Source: Haliotis rubra (taxonomy: Eukaryota). Taken from it: a stretch of 64,000 bases of DNA. Location: the NCBI RefSeq assembly GCF_003918875.1, contig NW_025764978.1, forward strand, positions 62,001-126,000, given 5' to 3'. The position numbers and the translations under genes are program-made. The notes under the pieces were generated by a model. That model searched no databases, was not told the origin of the DNA, and saw only the letters and a list, made by a program, of their open reading frames with translations. Each line of letters begins with the position of its first letter. The first letter of the stretch is position 1. Positions 58,943 to 64,000 of this stretch are shown piece after piece.

Positions 58943-61281
58943 TGCTATGAAAAAGGACAATTTGGAAAAACGTTTAGCAGACGATCTGTGTGGAGTTGCT
59001 AAGTATGGTGACTGTAAAACATTTTGGAACAGTTTAAAAAGCTCTCTACGGAATAAAAACAAAGGATGTCCAATAACACCGGATACTCTACAGTTATATT
59101 TTAAGGATCTCTTAAACCCATCTAAACTTCAAACAGATGACGACTTTGATCAACATGTTTCTGATTTTATAACTAACCATTATTGTGATGAGTGTGTGAA
59201 CTTCTCAGGTATAGATCAATTGTTGTCTGATAATATTTCTGAACTTGAAATCACTGAGGCTATTAGGAAACTGAAAACTGGTAAATCCCCTGGCGAAGAT
59301 GGAATTCCTCCAGAATTTTTTAAGATTGGACAATCGACGTTACTTGCTTTCCTTAAGCCACTATTTAACTCAGTATTAGACTCTGGAATATTTCCAGATG
59401 CCTGGAACTCTGCACTAACCATACCTCTATTTAAGTCAGGTTGTGCAACCGACCCAAGCAACTACAGGGGTATATCACTCCTAAATGTTTCAGGGAAAAT
59501 ATTTACATCCATATTAGATAAACGCCTCCGTCTATGGATAGACTTGAATGGTATATTAACAGAAGCACAAGCTGGTTTCAGGATATGCTACTACAGATAA
59601 TATATTTACCCTTCAGACTTTATGTTCCAAATATCTTTCTAAGCCTAAGGGGCGATTCTTCTGTGCTTTTATAGATTTTTAAAAGGCCTTCGACTATGTT
59701 GATAGAGCCAAACTTCTATATTTGTTACTTAAGTCAGGTTGCCATGATAAATTACACAATCTTCTTCATAATATGTATTCATCTGTAAAATCTTGTGTAA
59801 AGACTGGTAATTGTAAAACTGATATGTTCTCAACAAGTTCTGGAGTACGTCAAGGCTGCATTTTAAGCCCAATTCTGTTCATCTTTTTTTATAAATGAAC
59901 TTGTTGCAGAAATATATAAATCCTGTAAACATGGTGTGTTTATATCTCAAGACATTGATGATATTATGATGTTACTTTTTGCTGATGATGTAAATATGTT
60001 TTCCTATATAGTTAATGGTTTACAGCAACAACTTAATGTTTTGCATAAATTTTGTATTACGTGGGGTTTGGGTGTTAATATTAAGAAAACTAATATTATT
60101 GTGTTTAGAAATGGAGGTGTGTTAAAAAAAGGATGAGGTATGGTATTATGGTAATACAAGGTTGAAATGTGTTTCGTATTATAAATATTTGGGTTTAATA
60201 TTCTCATCCAGACTAAATTGGTCAACAGCCTGTAAACATTTATCTGTTCAAGCATCAAAGGCTATGCAATCTGTATATCAGTTATTCAAAAAGAATTCTT
60301 TTATTTCTTTCAAAACGGCCTGTACCATCTTTGATTGTAAGATTTTACCGATCCTTTTATATGGGTCCGAAATCTGGGGAACTAAATACTTTCATTGTAT
60401 AGAAAAGGTTCATGCATCATATTTTAAATGCTTCCTAAATTTGGGAAAGTATGCTTCAAATAAGGCTGTATTAGGGGAAACTGGTCGTTGCAATATATTT
60501 GTACTCACCAGATTACGAGTAATAAAATTTTGGTTGATATTATTAAAAATGGATTCTTATAGGTACCCAAGGCAAAGTTATATGTTCCTAAAGCTACAAG
60601 ATGATATTGGCAAGCTTAATTGGGCATCAGAGGTTAACTCAGTTACAGTTACTTTTTTCGACTGGATTTTCTCATGTGTGGATTTCACAAATGGTTGGAA
60701 ATGAATGTAATTTTTTAAATGTTTTTAAGCAACGTCTTCAGGACATTTTCTTCCAAGAATGGTCTATGTCTATAAATAATTCAAGTTTCTTAGAACACTA
60801 TTCTTCTCATAAATCTCTGTTAGAACCGGAGTTTTATATTATGAACCTACAAGACAAATCATTAATACGGGCGTTGTGTAAAATTTAGAATTGGCTTTCA
60901 TGATTTTAGAATTCACTATTTACGCAAACCCAATAGAGCTTTCAGTGATGTAAATGAATCCATCTGTAAAAATTGTAATACAGGTAATATTGAAAGTGAA
61001 TTTCATGTATTATTTGTGTGTACCAAGTATTTAGATTTAAGAAGTAAGTATTTATCATTTGTACAAACACCTGTAAGAGATGAACAAACATTGTCCAGTC
61101 TGTTAAATTCTAAAAATATTGATATTATCAAATCTATTGCAATTTATTTAAAACATGTCTTTAATGCAAGAAATGCCACCACAACCAACACGTGCATATA
61201 ATTGTAGCAAGTGTATTTGTACTATAGGCCTTTAGGCCCGAAATACTGAATAAAAATGAATCTGCATCTGAATCTGAATCT
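58943..61281 (+). mobile_element. 5'-truncated RTE/RTE-X-like LINE with 13-bp TSD
   Basis: GKSPGEDGI, NYRGISLL, QAGFR, GVRQGCILSP, LLFADD, YKYLG, C-terminal CxxC..E.EFH..C; aataaa then (ATCTGA)n tail; gttatcctacatg at 58930-58942 and 61282-61294. Confidence 0.93.
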
Positions 61282-62714
61282 GTTATCCTACATGCATTTA
61301 CTATAGACTGGAAAGTCGGCCATGTTTGGTGCATGCAGAAACATGGGGTTGTGCACTATTTCAGAGATCAGACAGAACCGTACAAGACAATCAGCTTGTC
61401 ACCTTCCTAATACTTAAGTGTTCAGGGGCCACTCTGGGAAGGGTTGTTAACAAGGCGTGAAAACTGAGGGGCCACAGTGTTTTGTTTCCTCAGTGAGTCA
61501 GTATGGTTGCTGTACAATTCATTGGTATTGGTACACACGTCTTTGTGTTATCTCTGACTGAGACTGAGTGAAAACGCCGTGTACCTGATGTGTAATATAC
61601 TCCACTGATGGTGTCATGGCGCGGATAACGTTGCTTAATTCTGGTTCAGTTGATTCAGTAGGTAGACTGAACTGAGCAAGTAAATGTTACACATATTTTA
61701 TTTAGTCCAGGTCCTGGACATGTTTTGGTCTACCCAGACGCTAGATGTATACCTAGCTTGACATTTTTCAAACCAGATTAATATATACGTACACCCAAAA
61801 ATGGACAAATATATTAGCACATAGCACTAGACTTGAATACTATGGACGTTTAAAGATTGGCATTGAAGCAGGGAAATATGTGTACATTTGCAAACGACCT
61901 TGCTCGTGCTCAAGGATGTACAAGGCTAAATATTGATACATTGAGACCTCATAAACTTGCAAAGTCTGTAATAGTATGTACAGGTAAGTTAAACAATTTC
62001 GAAGATCTGTACCATTTCACTCTTATATGTCTATCTTTAAATAACGTTCGACAGCAATACATACCAAATGAACATTTAATTTAACCTTCAGCACAACAAT
62101 GCATGTGCCCATGGCAACCACAAATTATCAAGATTTATGATTTGTTATGTTATGCTTCAAATGTGCCTTTAAGAGCAGAAATGAAATGCTAACCTTTTGT
62201 GAAAATATTGACGCATATGCATTTCATGTATATGAGCCTATGGCCTTTGATACGATAAACTTTCGATGACAAGGCGATGATCGGTTGTTAGACTGATAGC
62301 GCGTTATCGTGTTCCTATCCCCGGTTTATCTGGTCTGGATTTACTGACTGAAATGCTAAAATTAACTCACTCACTCACTGTTCCCCTTGGCAGTATTAGT
62401 TGGTTATTGTGCGTATTTGCCTCTACTTCTTTAACACAGATACAACTCGATTGGGGTTTAGGATGAAGATTTACGGAAATAGGGGATGCAAAATTTTACA
62501 ATATAGAAACAACTAAAATATTCGAGATTACAGTGCAGATCATTGGTGCAATACGTTTCAGAATACCATCTTTTGGTTTCGGAAAGAGATGCGACAGTCT
62601 TTTGGTGACAGACAAAAACATAATAGGAGTGGAGAGAGAAGGAATGCTACACCTGTAAGAGATGGTATAAAGCTACTACAGCCTGGTGCCATCTGCGGCA
62701 GGAATAAAGTTGTA

Positions 62715-63312
62715 TCGGATATTGAGATGGACAGAGGTCGGGGTGCTAGTGTCTCTGAAACTGAGAAGGAAAGAGATCGGGGTGCTGGTGTCTCCAATAC
62801 TGAGAAGGAAAGAGATCAGGGTGCTGGTGTCTCTGAAACTGAGAAGGAAAGAGATCGGGATGCTGGTATCTCCGAAACTGAGGAGGGAAGAGGTCAGGGT
62901 GCTGGTGTTTCCGAACCTGGGTGCTGGTGTCTGGTGGGAAACTGAAAAGGAAAGAAGTCGGGGTGCTGGTGTCTCCGAAACTGAGCAGGAAAGTGGTCAG
63001 GATGCTGGTGTCTCGAAAACTGTGGACAGAGGTCGGGGTGCTGGTGTCTCGGAAACTGAGGTGGAAAGAGGTCGGGGTGCTGGTGTCTCCGAAACTGAGG
63101 AGGAAAGAGGTCGGGGTGCTGGTGTCTCCGATACTGAGAAGGAAAGAGGTCGGGGTGCTGGTGTCTCCGAACCTGAGAAGGAAAGTGGTCAGGATGCTGG
63201 TGTCTCGAAAACTGTGGACAGAGGTCGGGGTGCTGGTGTCTCTGAAACTGAGAAGGAAAGACGTCGGCGTGCTGGTGTCGTGGAGACTGAGGTGGACAGA
63301 GGTCGGGGTGCT
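62715..63312. repeat. 39-bp minisatellite (13-codon unit) adjoining purine-skewed low-complexity sequence to the window end
   Basis: Unit gaggtcggggtgctggtgtctccgaaactgagaaggaaa; reads ETEKERGRGAGVS on + and ETPAPRPLSFSVS on -. Confidence 0.92.
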
Positions 63313-64000
63313 TGTTCAGCTGGTAAAAGGAAAATATACAAGGCTTTTGGAGAGGAGGAGGGAGAATGTTTTGGTTGTGGAAGAAAATGGAGGAGAGATC
63401 AAAATACTATTGGAGGTGGAGATAGAGGAGACATTGATGAGGAAATTGGAGGAGAAGACGTTGTTGATGGCAAGCAGGGAGGAAGGTGGAAGGGATTTCA
63501 GTATATGACTGGAGATGGCGAAAGATCTGTTCTTCGTGGAGGAAGAGAAAGACGAGACAAAGATCTCACTGTTGATGGAAAATGGGGGAGAATATGAGAG
63601 GTTTGGATCAATATTGGGAGAGAGATAGAGTACATCCTTGGAGGTGGAGGAGGCGCTGTTGTCGGTGGAGGAAGAGAAAGAGGGTTCAGAGATGGCTCTG
63701 TTGGTGAAAAACAGGGAGAATATGGTGATGGCGGTGGTAAAATATGGAAGAAATACCATTACAACACTGAAGGAATTGATACAGGAAACGATGACGTTTG
63801 CGGAGCAATAGAGGTGGTACTCGGAGATGGTGCTGTGTTGGGAATGCAGGGAGAATGTGATAGCAGTGAAGACGAAAGGAGAGGAGATCGTTGTACTGGA
63901 GGAAGAGAAGGAGATGGCACTGTCAAAACAGCGCAGCCACAATACGTTGATGGTGGCAGAATTCGGACAGGAGATTACATCAAAAGAGAGAGAATTACGA

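Noticed and set aside
58887-60888. RT ORFs as a retron, DGR or domesticated gene
   Set aside because: Frameshifted, 5'-truncated LINE with TSD and tandem-repeat tail

Overview
AT-rich, intron- and repeat-dense animal DNA, not prokaryotic. The SINE families with (ACTC)n tails and the LINE mix resemble a mollusc, possibly abalone-like; this is inference. Two multi-exon host genes converge tail-to-tail. (1) + strand, ~15.3-41.6 kb: a giant extracellular protein of about 35 exons with repeated FN3/Ig-like beta-sandwich modules. It carries several premature stops and frameshifts, a tandem 3-exon duplication and internal deletions, so it is probably a pseudogene. (2) - strand, 56981-49171: an 11-exon type-I receptor assembled by hand with consistent intron phases (1446 nt). 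Its order is signal peptide, YWTD-type beta-propeller, two MEGF/laminin-type EGF repeats, stalk, transmembrane helix, and a tail with NPTY plus an ITAM-like YEKM-x7-YETL. One in-frame TAA sits exactly at the propeller/EGF junction. The rest is nested mobile DNA: a >1.1 kb inverted repeat around a Penelope-like 3' end, CR1/L2, RTE-like, I/Nimb-like and R4-like LINE fragments, Tc1 relics, MITEs, solo LTRs, two SINE families and many minisatellites, several of which overlap splice sites. All coordinates were read by eye and no database searches were run.
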